A DNA stretch of 32,000 nt from Delftia acidovorans NBRC 14950 (GTDB lineage Bacteria; Pseudomonadota; Gammaproteobacteria; Burkholderiales; Burkholderiaceae_C), in the NCBI RefSeq assembly GCF_001598795.1, contig NZ_BCZP01000014.1, forward strand, positions 1 to 32,000, in the 5' to 3' direction. A program made the translations under genes and the position numbers. The notes under the pieces are model-generated. The model did not search any database. It was not told where the DNA came from and worked only from the letters and a program-made list of their open reading frames with translations. Positions 15,865 to 24,237 of the stretch are shown here, one piece after another. The first letter of the stretch is position 1. The number at the start of each line of letters is the position of its first letter.

Positions 15865-17118
15865 TCAGCGCAGCCCCAGGCGCGCCTGCGTGCCTTGCTC
15901 GATCATGTCGGCCCCCACCCGGTAGAGGTTGCGCGAGACATAGCTGTCCACCTCGCGCGCACGCTCGCGCAGCCAGGCGGCCTTCAGGCTGCGGGCCTGG
16001 CCGATCTCGGGCGCGTCTCCGGTCGCCGTGGCCAGCACGTCGATCACATGCAGGGCCAGCTGCCACTGGCCCGCGTCGGCCAGCGCCTGGGCGCTGGCCA
16101 CCAAGCCGGGCTTGTCGGTGATGGCATCGGCAATGGCGGCGCCTGCGGCCTCGGGCGGGGCCGGGTGCAGCGTGGTCGGGTTGCGGTCCCACCAGCCGTT
16201 TTCCGAACGGTAGATGTCGCGCACGATGTAGCTGGGGTCGCCATAGGTGGGCTTCATCCACTCCACGCCGAACAGCTCCTGCGGATAGTCCATGGCCGCG
16301 AGCACCTGCTGCTCGTTCAGGCCCTCGTTCATCAGGTGCACGACTTCGGCGCGCAGCCAGCGCAGCGCCTGTGCGGTGTGCAGCAGCACCTGCTGCACGG
16401 CCTGCTCGCCCTCGATCACGGGACCGAACTCGCGCACGGCCTTGAGCGGGCGCAGCGCGGCCATGGCCTGCAGCGTGTCGGCCCAGCGCACGGTGTCGCG
16501 CAGCGTGCGAAACGGCGTGCCGATGTTGGGGATGGAGTCCAGCAGCGCCGCGCCGCCGTACAGCACGCGCTGGCCGGGGCTCCACAGCGCGATGGCGTCG
16601 TCGGTCTCGGACGGCGCCCAGAACAGCTCGATGCGGCTGTCCCCGCTGCCTATCTCCAGCCGCGTGTCGAAGGTTTCGGTGGGCTCGTGCATGTCCAGCC
16701 GGTGCTCGAAAAAGCCCGCGCTGCGGTTGAACTGGATCTCGGCCATGCGGTGCTGCAGCGCCCGGGTCTCGCGGTAGCGTGCCTGGCGGCGCGGCAGGTT
16801 GCGGTGCGCGATCAGGCGCGGCACAGGTTCTCCGCGCGCGGCCGCATGCTCCAGCCAGGCGGGCACGCCCGCGTTGTAGCCGATGTGGCCGTGGCTGTAG
16901 CACAGCGCATGCACGGGCGCGTCGCTGAGCTGGCGCAGGCTGGCGATCATGTCCTGGCTGACCTTGCCGCCGGGGCCGGCGTCGATCACCACCAGGCCCG
17001 CGTCGGTCTCGGCCACAAAGGACTGGCCCTGGCCGCGCAATATGTGCAGGCCCGGCGCCACGGTTTCGCTGCCGGTGCCAACCAGCAAAAAGGGCTTGTC
17101 GTCGTCTCTGGCGTTCAT
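15865..17118 (-). CDS. Metallo-beta-lactamase-fold protein related to type III alkyl/aryl-sulfatases; MBL and dimerisation domains present, no SCP2 domain
   Basis: Start at the internal ATG 17118 (MNARDDDKPF...), in an ATGA overlap with the upstream stop and with a GGAGAC RBS. MBL core ...GLVVIDAGPGG...VHALCYSHGHIGYNAG. The C-terminal helical part (GQWQLALHVIDVLATATGDAPEIGQARSLKAAWLRERAREVDSYVSRNLYRVGADMIE) resembles the alkylsulfatase dimerisation domain. No signal peptide. Confidence 0.75.
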   Translation of the reverse strand: MNARDDDKPFLLVGTGSETVAPGLHILRGQGQSFVAETDAGLVVIDAGPGGKVSQDMIASLRQLSDAPVHALCYSHGHIGYNAGVPAWLEHAAARGEPVPRLIAHRNLPRRQARYRETRALQHRMAEIQFNRSAGFFEHRLDMHEPTETFDTRLEIGSGDSRIELFWAPSETDDAIALWSPGQRVLYGGAALLDSIPNIGTPFRTLRDTVRWADTLQAMAALRPLKAVREFGPVIEGEQAVQQVLLHTAQALRWLRAEVVHLMNEGLNEQQVLAAMDYPQELFGVEWMKPTYGDPSYIVRDIYRSENGWWDRNPTTLHPAPPEAAGAAIADAITDKPGLVASAQALADAGQWQLALHVIDVLATATGDAPEIGQARSLKAAWLRERAREVDSYVSRNLYRVGADMIEQGTQARLGLR

Positions 17119-18458
17119 GGGGTCTCCGGGTCTGGTTCGATGGGGGGCAGGGCGTAGCGGCCGTCCAGCAGTTCGGGCCGTGGCATGTAGGCGCGCAGGC
17201 ACAGGTAAAAGCCTTCGCGCGGCGCGGGCAGCCAGTTGGCGCGGTGGTCTTCGCTGGCCGGCGGCGCATGGCTGATGTGGATAGTCAACCCGCCATCGCC
17301 ATCGCCATCAGCGTCGGGGCGCAGGCCCGGCGTGCGGTCGCCGATGGCATAGCGGTCGATGGGGTTGTCCACCAGCATGCAGTCGTGGGCGCCGTAGAGG
17401 GTCAGGGACCAGAAGGCCTGCACGGGCGGCAGCGCGCCTGGGGCAAAGCGCAGCCGGTAGCGGCGGCTGCCATGCAGGGGCCGGCCCTGGGCGTCATGCC
17501 AGGCCAGCGGGTAGATGGCCTCGCGGCTTTCCAGCATGCCGATGTACTTGAGCGCAATTTCGGCGCGGGCCTGGAAGTCGTCGCCAAAACTGCCTTCGAC
17601 CAGGGCGGGGAGTTCCCAGCCCGAGTCCAGGCGCCGGCCCGTGCTGGCCGCGCGCAGCCGGGGCAGCACGCTGTCCAGGGCGCGCTGCAGTGCGGCTTGC
17701 TGTTGCGCATCGGGTGCGCCCAGCCCGGCGCCCAGGCCGACGGCAGCAAAGCGCGCGACCCGTGCGGCATGCCCTGCCGGCGGCGGGTTGTCGCGCAAGG
17801 CGGCATTCACCTGGGCTGCATAGTGCTCGGCATTTGGCGGGGCCTGGGGATCGCAGTCCGGGTCGAAGGCGCGGGCCTGCGAGGGCGTGCCCGCCTGCCA
17901 GTCGGCCAGCGGGCGCACCGCAAAGCCGTCCTGCAGCGCGTGCACGGCGGGCAGGTCATGCTCGCCATCGACCAGGATGCGGCCTATCACCCACAGCCAG
18001 GGCGTGGGCGCGGCAATGTGTGCGCCGGGCGCATCGAACGGTGGCGGCAGCGCCCCCTGCCAGCCGGGCGGCGTGACAAGGAAGGAGCGCGCAGCCGTGC
18101 CCGTCAGGCGCTGGCCCAGGTGGGCGAAGGGGTTGGTGAAGAAGTCCAGCAGGCCCAGGACGTAGTAGCGGCCCGCCGTGTCGGGCACGTCGATCACCAG
18201 CGGCCCGGCGCCCAGGTCCAGCCAGGCGTTGGTGTAGAGCGTGTCGTTGTTGGGCGTGACCACGCGGCTGGTGCCGGCGCGCAGCAGCTGGCGTGCATGC
18301 ACGAACTGGTTGCACCAGCGCAGCGGTGCGGGCGCGGCCTCGCCCGCCGCATTGCGCCGGGGCGAGGTGGCCGCGCGCATGCGGCGCATCTCGTACAGCG
18401 GGCAGGTGTGGATGACGGCCTCCTCGGCCAGGGTGCTCAGGTCCATGGCGTGTCTCAT
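17115..18458 (-). CDS. DUF1254 + DUF1214 domain protein of unknown function (paralogue B)
   Basis: DUF1254-type block VVTPNNDTLYTNAWLDLGAGPLVIDVPDTAGRYYVLGLLDFFTNPF. DUF1214-type block EAIYPLAWHD..PL.GSRRYRLRF..PPVQAFWSLTLY...NWLPAPREGFYLCLRAYMP. Start placed at ATG 18458 (ATGA overlap with the upstream stop at 18455-18457); alternatives are 18446 and 18491. No signal peptide. Confidence 0.8.
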   Translation of the reverse strand: MRHAMDLSTLAEEAVIHTCPLYEMRRMRAATSPRRNAAGEAAPAPLRWCNQFVHARQLLRAGTSRVVTPNNDTLYTNAWLDLGAGPLVIDVPDTAGRYYVLGLLDFFTNPFAHLGQRLTGTAARSFLVTPPGWQGALPPPFDAPGAHIAAPTPWLWVIGRILVDGEHDLPAVHALQDGFAVRPLADWQAGTPSQARAFDPDCDPQAPPNAEHYAAQVNAALRDNPPPAGHAARVARFAAVGLGAGLGAPDAQQQAALQRALDSVLPRLRAASTGRRLDSGWELPALVEGSFGDDFQARAEIALKYIGMLESREAIYPLAWHDAQGRPLHGSRRYRLRFAPGALPPVQAFWSLTLYGAHDCMLVDNPIDRYAIGDRTPGLRPDADGDGDGGLTIHISHAPPASEDHRANWLPAPREGFYLCLRAYMPRPELLDGRYALPPIEPDPETP

Positions 18459-19840
18459 GCGGCCACGGGCTGCAGGGGCGGAACAGGCCATTGGTGCGCG
18501 TCTGCCTGCGGGTGGTACATGCGCAGGATGAGGTAGAAGCGCCCGTGCGGCGTGGGCAGCCAGTTGGCGGCGCCCTGTGCCGGCCGGGCATGGCCCAGGT
18601 CGATCTGCAGGCTGCCGTCGGCCTCGCGCAGCAATCCCGGCGTGCGGTCCCCTATGGAGTGGCGGCCGATCTCGTTGCCGTAGAGAAAGCGGTCGGCGTC
18701 ATACAGGGTGACCGACCAGAAGGCGTCGGCCGGCGGCATGTCGGCGGCATTGAAGCGCAGCACATAGCGCTGGCTGCCGTCCAGCGGCTGCAGGCCTGCG
18801 TCGTGGTGGGCGGCGGCGTAGATGGCCTCGCTGGTGGCCAGCGCGCCCAGGCCCAGGTAGGCGGTGCGTGCGCGGCCCAGGTACTCGCTGCCGTAGCGGC
18901 CGGTGGACGGCGTCATGGTCCAGGGCCGGGGACGGCGGTTGCGCCCCATGGCGGCCACGGTGCGCACGCCGTCGGCAAAGCCCTCGGTCAGGCCTTCGCG
19001 CACGGGCTCCTCCAGCTGCTCCCACGCCATGTGGGCGCTGGCCACCAGGCCGGCCTGGCCGAACCAGGCCAGCAGCCCCTGGTCCTCCTTGCGGCCAGGC
19101 GCCTCGGCCAGCGCATGGCAGAGGTTGGCAAAAAATCGCGGCGCAACCTCGGCCGCAGGCTCCTGGTTCTCGAAGGCGGCCGCCATGGCGTCCACGGGCG
19201 GGCCGACCCAGTTCGTGACGGCGGCCGGGCGGCCTCCTTTCGGCGTGCCTGGCGCGGGCTCCAGCCGGATGTCGGCCTGCAGTGCGCGGGCTGCAGGCCA
19301 GTCGGGCGCATCGCCCACCACGGTGCGGCCGATCAGCCAGACCAGGTTGCTGGGGCAGTGCACCAGGCGGTGGCCGGCCAGGTGTTCCGGCACCTGGCCG
19401 CCCGGCCCGACCAGGACCACGGTCTCGCCTTCGGGCGCGCAGTTGCGCGGTCCCAGGTTCTCGAAATTCTCGGTATAGGCGTCGTACAGGGCCAGCACGA
19501 AGTAGCGGCCCGGATGCGCGGCGCTGGAGGGCACGGTCAGCAGGCGCGGGCCGTCGGCCAGGTGGATCCAGGCCAGCGAGTACAGCAGGTCGTTGGCGGG
19601 CGTGACCACGTCGCGGTCCTCATGGGTGGAGGGGCGCTGGCTGTGGTGCAGCGTGTCGAAGTCGCCGCGCATGTCCAGGCCCAGGCCGGTGGCGCGCGCG
19701 GCGCCGGCATCGGTCTGCAGGCGGCAGGTGCGGTAGGTCTCTATCAGCGGATAGCCGTAGACAAAGGCGGCCAGGCCGATGGAGCGCGCCAGGGCGCGGC
19801 GGACTTCGGGCAGGGAGGGAGGGGTCGGGTTCATGTCCAT
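18455..19840 (-). CDS. DUF1254 + DUF1214 domain protein of unknown function (paralogue A)
   Basis: 461 aa. VVTPANDLLYSLAWIHLADGPRLLTVPSSAAHPGRYFVLALYDAYTENF (DUF1254) and EAIYAAAHHDAGLQPLDGSQRYVLRF...PPADAFWSVTLYD...NWLPTPHGRFYLILRMYHP (DUF1214). No signal peptide. Confidence 0.85.
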   Translation of the reverse strand: MDMNPTPPSLPEVRRALARSIGLAAFVYGYPLIETYRTCRLQTDAGAARATGLGLDMRGDFDTLHHSQRPSTHEDRDVVTPANDLLYSLAWIHLADGPRLLTVPSSAAHPGRYFVLALYDAYTENFENLGPRNCAPEGETVVLVGPGGQVPEHLAGHRLVHCPSNLVWLIGRTVVGDAPDWPAARALQADIRLEPAPGTPKGGRPAAVTNWVGPPVDAMAAAFENQEPAAEVAPRFFANLCHALAEAPGRKEDQGLLAWFGQAGLVASAHMAWEQLEEPVREGLTEGFADGVRTVAAMGRNRRPRPWTMTPSTGRYGSEYLGRARTAYLGLGALATSEAIYAAAHHDAGLQPLDGSQRYVLRFNAADMPPADAFWSVTLYDADRFLYGNEIGRHSIGDRTPGLLREADGSLQIDLGHARPAQGAANWLPTPHGRFYLILRMYHPQADAHQWPVPPLQPVAA

Positions 19841-19864
19841 TGTTTTCTTCAGGGCAGGAGGGGG

Positions 19865-20845
19865 TCAGTCGAGGGTCACGCCCGTGGAGCGCGCCAGGTC
19901 CAGCGCCACGGGCAAAAAGGCGGCGTAGGCGGCGCTGGCCTCGGCCGGGCTGTTGCCCTGGGCCTCCAGGCCCAGCGCCTCGACACGCTGGCGCACCTGG
20001 GGCTCGCGCATCACCGCGGCGACCTCGCGGCCCAGGCGTTCGACGATGGCGTCGGGCGTGCGCACGGGCGCCATCAGCGAGATCGATCCCGTGATGGCAT
20101 ACACGGGCTCGCGGTAGCCCTGCTCGGCAAAGGTGGGCACATCGGGCAGGGCCTTGCTGCGGCGCGGTCCGGCCACGGCCAGGGCGCGCAGCTTGCCGGC
20201 GTCGATGAAGGGCTTGAGCGTGGCGGCCGAGCCCAGCGTCATCTGGATCACGCCGCTGATCAGGTCGATGGACATGGGCCCCTCGCCCTTGTAGGCCACG
20301 TGCAGCGACTGCAGGCCGTAGGCCTTGTCCATGAAGACCTGGACCTGGTGCGGCTGCGTGCCCGCGCCCCAGGAACCCATGGCGTACTTGCCCGGCGACT
20401 GGCGCACGGCCTCGACCAGTCCCTTGAAGTCCTTGGCCGGCACGGCCGGGTTGACCGCCATCACCATGGAGGGCGAGACCACGTCCGAGACCATGCGCAG
20501 CTCGGTGCGCGGGTCGTAGGGCAGCTTCTTGTAGAGCACCAGGTTGGCCGTGATGGGCCCGGGCACGGTCAGCAGCAGGGTGTGGCCGTCGGGCGCGCTC
20601 TTGGCCACATGCTCGGTGCCGATGATGCCGCCCGCGCCGCTGCGGTTGTCCACCACCACGGGCTGGCCCAGGCGCTTGGCCAGGCCCTCGGCCAGGATGC
20701 GCGCCACGGTGTCGGTGGAGCCGCCTGCCTGGTATTGCACGACGATGCGCACGGGCCGGGCGGGATAGCCGTCCTGGGCCAGCGCGGCGCTGCAGGCCAG
20801 GGCAAGGCAGGTCAGTGCGGCGGTGCGCAGCAGGGGTGTGTTCAT
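19865..20845 (-). CDS. Bug-family (TctC-like) substrate-binding protein
   Basis: Start at ATG 20845 (MNTPLLRTAALTCLALACSAALA signal) with GGAGG 6 nt upstream. Alternative ATG 20887 forms an ATGA overlap with the upstream stop. Bug signatures YPARPVRIVVQYQAGGSTD, VDNRSGAGG, PDGHTL, YKGEGP, LPDVPT. The longer track ORF (to 21241) overlaps the acyl-CoA synthetase gene. Confidence 0.9.
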   Translation of the reverse strand: MNTPLLRTAALTCLALACSAALAQDGYPARPVRIVVQYQAGGSTDTVARILAEGLAKRLGQPVVVDNRSGAGGIIGTEHVAKSAPDGHTLLLTVPGPITANLVLYKKLPYDPRTELRMVSDVVSPSMVMAVNPAVPAKDFKGLVEAVRQSPGKYAMGSWGAGTQPHQVQVFMDKAYGLQSLHVAYKGEGPMSIDLISGVIQMTLGSAATLKPFIDAGKLRALAVAGPRRSKALPDVPTFAEQGYREPVYAITGSISLMAPVRTPDAIVERLGREVAAVMREPQVRQRVEALGLEAQGNSPAEASAAYAAFLPVALDLARSTGVTLD

Positions 20846-20883
20846 GGTGGCCTCCGGGTGGGAGATGGAATGGGCATTGGCTT

Positions 20884-23010
20884 TCATGCAGCCTCCCTGC
20901 CGATGACCAGCGCATCGACGGCCACGCAGCCGCCGTCCTCGCGCGGGCGGGCGATCAGGGGGTTGATCTCGGCGCTTTCCAGCGTGGCGCCTGCGCGCTG
21001 CGCAAAGCCGGCCAGGGCGCACAGCGTGTCGGCAATGCTGTCCAGATCCACGCGGGGGCGGCCGCGCGCGCCGTCCAGCACGGCAAAGGCCCGCAGCTCG
21101 CGCACCATGGCCAGCGCGTCGTCGCGCGTGATGGGCAGCAGGCGCAGCGAGACATCGCGCAGGATCTCGGCATGGATGCCGCCCAGCCCGAACATCAGCA
21201 CCGGGCCGAACACCGGGTCGCGGTGCACGCCGGCGATGCACTCCACGCCGCCCTGCACCATGGGGGCGGCCAGCGCGCCGTCGATGTGCGCATCGGGCCG
21301 GGCCTGGCGCGCATTGGCCAGGATGCGGTCGAAGGCGGCCTGGGCGCCGGCCGCATCCGCCAGGTTCAGTGCCACGCCGCCCACGTCGGACTTGTGGGCG
21401 ATGGCATCGCTGCAGACCTTGAGGGCAATACGTCCGCCCATCTCCTGCGCTGCCTGCACGGCTTGCGCTGCCTCGGCCGCCGTGCGCACCAGCCGGTGCG
21501 GCACCACGGGCACGCCGGCCTCGGCCAGCAGGGTCATGCTGCGCTGCTCCGACAGCGTGCCCGCCGGCAGGTGCAGCGCGCTGCCTGCATCGGCCATCGC
21601 GGGCAAAGCCTGCGGTGTTTCATGCAGGCGGGCCAGCGCGCCAATGCAGCGTATGGCCGCGCCCGGGTCGGCAAACACCAGGCAGCCCAGCGCCTCCAGC
21701 GCATCGCGGCGCTCGGGCGGGCACAGCGTGCTGACGGCCAGCAGGATGTCGGGATTGTGGGTGCGCAGCGTCTGCACCAGGCTTTGCAGCACGGGCCAGA
21801 AGGCGTCGGACAGGCCGCCTGCCGCGAAGAAGCCCAGCCAGCTGTCGAACTGCCGGTCGGCCAGCATCAGGCGGGCGCTGCGCTCCAGCAGCGTCATGTC
21901 GTTGGTGACCTGGCCCGTGATGTCCACGGGGTTGCGCGGCGCGGCAAACGGCACCCATTCGCGCAGCTGGCGCTGGGCCGCATCGGACAGCGGTGCCACA
22001 TCCAGGCCGGCTGCGCTGGCATCGTCGGCCATCATGGCGCCCACGCCGCCCGAGACCGTGAACAGTCCGATGGACCGCCCCTTGGGGGCCCGCGCGATGG
22101 AGGCACTGGCCGCCAGCGCGAAGAAGTCGGTGATGGAATGCGCGCGCAGCACGCCGTAGCGGCGGAACACCGCGTCATAGACGGCATCGTTGCCCGCCAG
22201 CGAGGCCGTGTGCGATGCGGCAGCGGCCGCGCCCAGGGCGCTGGTGCCCACCTTGCACATGACCACGGGCTTGCCGCGCTCCTGCGCCAGGGCCAGGGCC
22301 GCGCGCAGCCGGGGGCCGTCGCGGCAGCCTTCCATGTAGGCCATGATCACGTCGGTCTCGGGGTCCTGGGCCAGCCAGGCCAGGCCATCGGCCAGCTGCA
22401 CATCGGCCTCGTTGCCCGTGGTGGCCCACAGCGACAGGCCCAGCCCACGCTCGCGCGCCAGGCTGTAGGCATAGGCACCGAAGGCGCCCGACTGGCTGAC
22501 CATGCCGATGCGCCCGGGCCGCACCAGCCCGCCGCCCGGCGCGGGCGAGAACGTGGCGTAGACCTGGTGGCCGGGGCGCATGAAGCCCAGGCAGTTCGGG
22601 CCGATGAGGCGTATGCCCGCCTCCTGCGCGCGCCGCGCCAGCGCCTGCTGGGCGGCCGTGCCGTCGGAGCCGGTCTCGGCATAGCCCGAGGAAAACAGCA
22701 CCATGGACTGCACGCGCGCGGCGGCCGCATCCTCCAGCACGCCGGCCACCTGCGACTGCGGCACGGCGACGATGGCCAGGTCCACCGGCGCGCCGATGGC
22801 GGCCAGCCGCTCGTGCGCGGGCAGGCCCTGCACGCGGCTGGCGCGCGGGTTCACCGCATACAGCGCGCCGCCGTAGCCGAAGCGCAGCAGGTAGTCCAGC
22901 GGAATGCCGCCGATCTTGCTGGCCTGGTCCGAGGCGCCGACCACGGCGATGGAGCGCGGCGCAAACAGCGCGTCGAGCCGGGAAGTGTCGAAGCAATGGC
23001 TGTCGGTCAT
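20884..23010 (-). CDS. Acetate--CoA ligase family protein (NDP-forming acyl-CoA synthetase, fused alpha/beta, ACD type)
   Basis: 708 aa. CoA-binding N-terminus (PRSIAVVGASDQASKIGG), CoA-ligase domain (GIRLIGPNCLGF), phosphohistidine loop SHTASLAGNDAVYDAVFRRYGV, and a C-terminal ATP-grasp (GGRIALKVCSDAIAHKSDVGGVALNL). No GNAT domain, so it is not a Pat-type acetyltransferase. Confidence 0.88.
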   Translation of the reverse strand: MTDSHCFDTSRLDALFAPRSIAVVGASDQASKIGGIPLDYLLRFGYGGALYAVNPRASRVQGLPAHERLAAIGAPVDLAIVAVPQSQVAGVLEDAAAARVQSMVLFSSGYAETGSDGTAAQQALARRAQEAGIRLIGPNCLGFMRPGHQVYATFSPAPGGGLVRPGRIGMVSQSGAFGAYAYSLARERGLGLSLWATTGNEADVQLADGLAWLAQDPETDVIMAYMEGCRDGPRLRAALALAQERGKPVVMCKVGTSALGAAAAASHTASLAGNDAVYDAVFRRYGVLRAHSITDFFALAASASIARAPKGRSIGLFTVSGGVGAMMADDASAAGLDVAPLSDAAQRQLREWVPFAAPRNPVDITGQVTNDMTLLERSARLMLADRQFDSWLGFFAAGGLSDAFWPVLQSLVQTLRTHNPDILLAVSTLCPPERRDALEALGCLVFADPGAAIRCIGALARLHETPQALPAMADAGSALHLPAGTLSEQRSMTLLAEAGVPVVPHRLVRTAAEAAQAVQAAQEMGGRIALKVCSDAIAHKSDVGGVALNLADAAGAQAAFDRILANARQARPDAHIDGALAAPMVQGGVECIAGVHRDPVFGPVLMFGLGGIHAEILRDVSLRLLPITRDDALAMVRELRAFAVLDGARGRPRVDLDSIADTLCALAGFAQRAGATLESAEINPLIARPREDGGCVAVDALVIGREAA

Positions 23011-23019
23011 GTGTGTCCC

Positions 23020-24084
23020 TCAGAAGTTGTGGCGCACACCCAGCGCCAGGGACCGCACGCCGTCGCCGCTGTTGGCGGCCACCGGCACGTTGGCAATGGC
23101 GGCCGAGGCATTGGCCGCGTTGCCCAGCTGCAGCCAGCGCGCGTAGAGCACGGTGCGCTTGCTCAGCGCGTAGTCGTAGCCCAGCGTCCAGGTGTTCTGG
23201 GCGCGGTCCGTACCGCCCACCTCGCGCCGCGCCACCGAGACCAGCAGCTTGGAGCGCGCATCCAAGCTCCAATCGGCGCCCAGCTGGGCCAGCTTCGCCT
23301 TGGGTGTGCCGGCACGGTCCACGCGGTTGATGACGTAGTTGCCCGTCAGGCGCAGGCCGTCCAGGGCTTCCCAGCTGGCCGACAACGCCTGGTAGTGGCT
23401 GGTGGCGGGTGCGGCCACAGGTGCGGCGGCGCTGCCTTCCACGGACTTCTGGAAGCTGTAGGCCAGGAACCAGGGCTTCTGGTTCCAGCCCAGCGTGGCG
23501 CCGTAGAGGCGGCCGTTGTTGCTGTTCGGCGAAGCCACTTCGCCGAAGGAATAGGCCAGGTCCGCCAGCCAGGGCTGGCCTGCCGGCGTGCGGTAGCGCA
23601 CCAGGTTGTTGGCCCGCGCCGCAAACGGCCGCAGGCTGGCCTGGGCATCGGTGGCCGACACCAGGTTCAGCGAGGAAAACAGCGCGTTCATGCCCAGCGG
23701 ATCGGCGCGGAACAGCGCGCCGAACATGGGCGTATACATGCGGCCCATCTCCACGGCGCCCCAGCCGCTGTTCAGTCCTACCCAGGCCTGCCGCGTGAAG
23801 GCCAGGCCCGGGCCGGGAATGGTGCCCAGGCCCGTGTCCGGCGCCACGCCGGCCTCCAGCATGAACTGGGCGCGCAGGCCGCCGCCCAGGTCCTCGCTGC
23901 CGCGAAAGCCGATGCGCGATGCCGCGCTGCCCCCGTCCTCCAGCCGGCTCAGGCGCGTGGCGCCCGACCTTGCGCTGTTGATGTGGACGTCGACGATGCC
24001 GAACATCTCCACGCTGCCCTGCGCCCACGCGGACGTGCCCAGGGCCGCCATGCCGCCGGCGGCCAGCCAATGCTTGTGCTTCAC
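23020..24084 (-). CDS. Outer-membrane porin (Gram-negative general porin, Omp32/OmpC-like); first gene of the operon
   Basis: 354 aa. GTG start at 24084 with AAGGAG 8 nt upstream. Signal peptide ...AAGGMAALGTSAWA. GSVEMFGIVDVHIN first strand, alternating beta-strand pattern, and the C-terminal LALGVRHNF motif with terminal Phe. Confidence 0.9.
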   Translation of the reverse strand: MKHKHWLAAGGMAALGTSAWAQGSVEMFGIVDVHINSARSGATRLSRLEDGGSAASRIGFRGSEDLGGGLRAQFMLEAGVAPDTGLGTIPGPGLAFTRQAWVGLNSGWGAVEMGRMYTPMFGALFRADPLGMNALFSSLNLVSATDAQASLRPFAARANNLVRYRTPAGQPWLADLAYSFGEVASPNSNNGRLYGATLGWNQKPWFLAYSFQKSVEGSAAAPVAAPATSHYQALSASWEALDGLRLTGNYVINRVDRAGTPKAKLAQLGADWSLDARSKLLVSVARREVGGTDRAQNTWTLGYDYALSKRTVLYARWLQLGNAANASAAIANVPVAANSGDGVRSLALGVRHNF

Positions 24085-24165
24085 GAACTTGTCTCCTTGG
24101 TAGCGCCCCGGATGCTTTGCCCGGTGGCTTGCTTGCTACTATCCCGAGCGACAGGGGATGCACTC

Positions 24166-24181
24166 TGTCAAGCCATTGACA
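24166..24181. promoter_or_regulatory. Perfect 16-bp palindrome TGTCAA-GCCA-TTGACA; candidate operator of the Crp/Fnr-family regulator
   Basis: Located in the 153-bp divergent spacer, 82 bp from the porin start and 57 bp from the regulator ATG. Dyad geometry (two half-sites, 4-nt spacer) fits Crp/Fnr-family dimers, but the half-sites are not the canonical FNR or CRP sequence. Confidence 0.5.
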
Positions 24182-24237
24182 AATGGCGGTACATGGGCAC
24201 CGGACTAACCCGGGGCCTTCGACATCGTGAGAGAACC

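Noticed and set aside
20846-21241. A 5' extension of the Bug ORF 19865..21241, adding 132 aa.
   Set aside because: The extension overlaps the 3' end of the acyl-CoA synthetase gene and is Arg-rich. A signal peptide and a GGAGG RBS define the start at 20845, with 20887 as the only plausible alternative.
24166-24181. Reading the palindrome as a canonical FNR/Anr or CRP box.
   Set aside because: FNR-type boxes read TTGAT-N4-ATCAA and CRP boxes read TGTGA-N6-TCACA. Here the arms read GTCAA-N4-TTGAC, the opposite arrangement. It is kept only as a generic Crp-family dyad candidate.
18491-24237. Two giant plus-strand ORFs: 18491..22159 (1222 aa), and the first roughly 1140 codons of 20815..24975 (1386 aa). 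If real, they would be enormous novel proteins.
   Set aside because: They run antisense to six well-supported minus-strand genes with clear family motifs. Their translations are low-complexity Arg/Gly/Ala/His/Gln strings with no recognisable domain. Stop-free antisense frames are expected in DNA this GC-rich. Only the last 245 codons (24238..24975, the Crp/Fnr regulator) look genuine.
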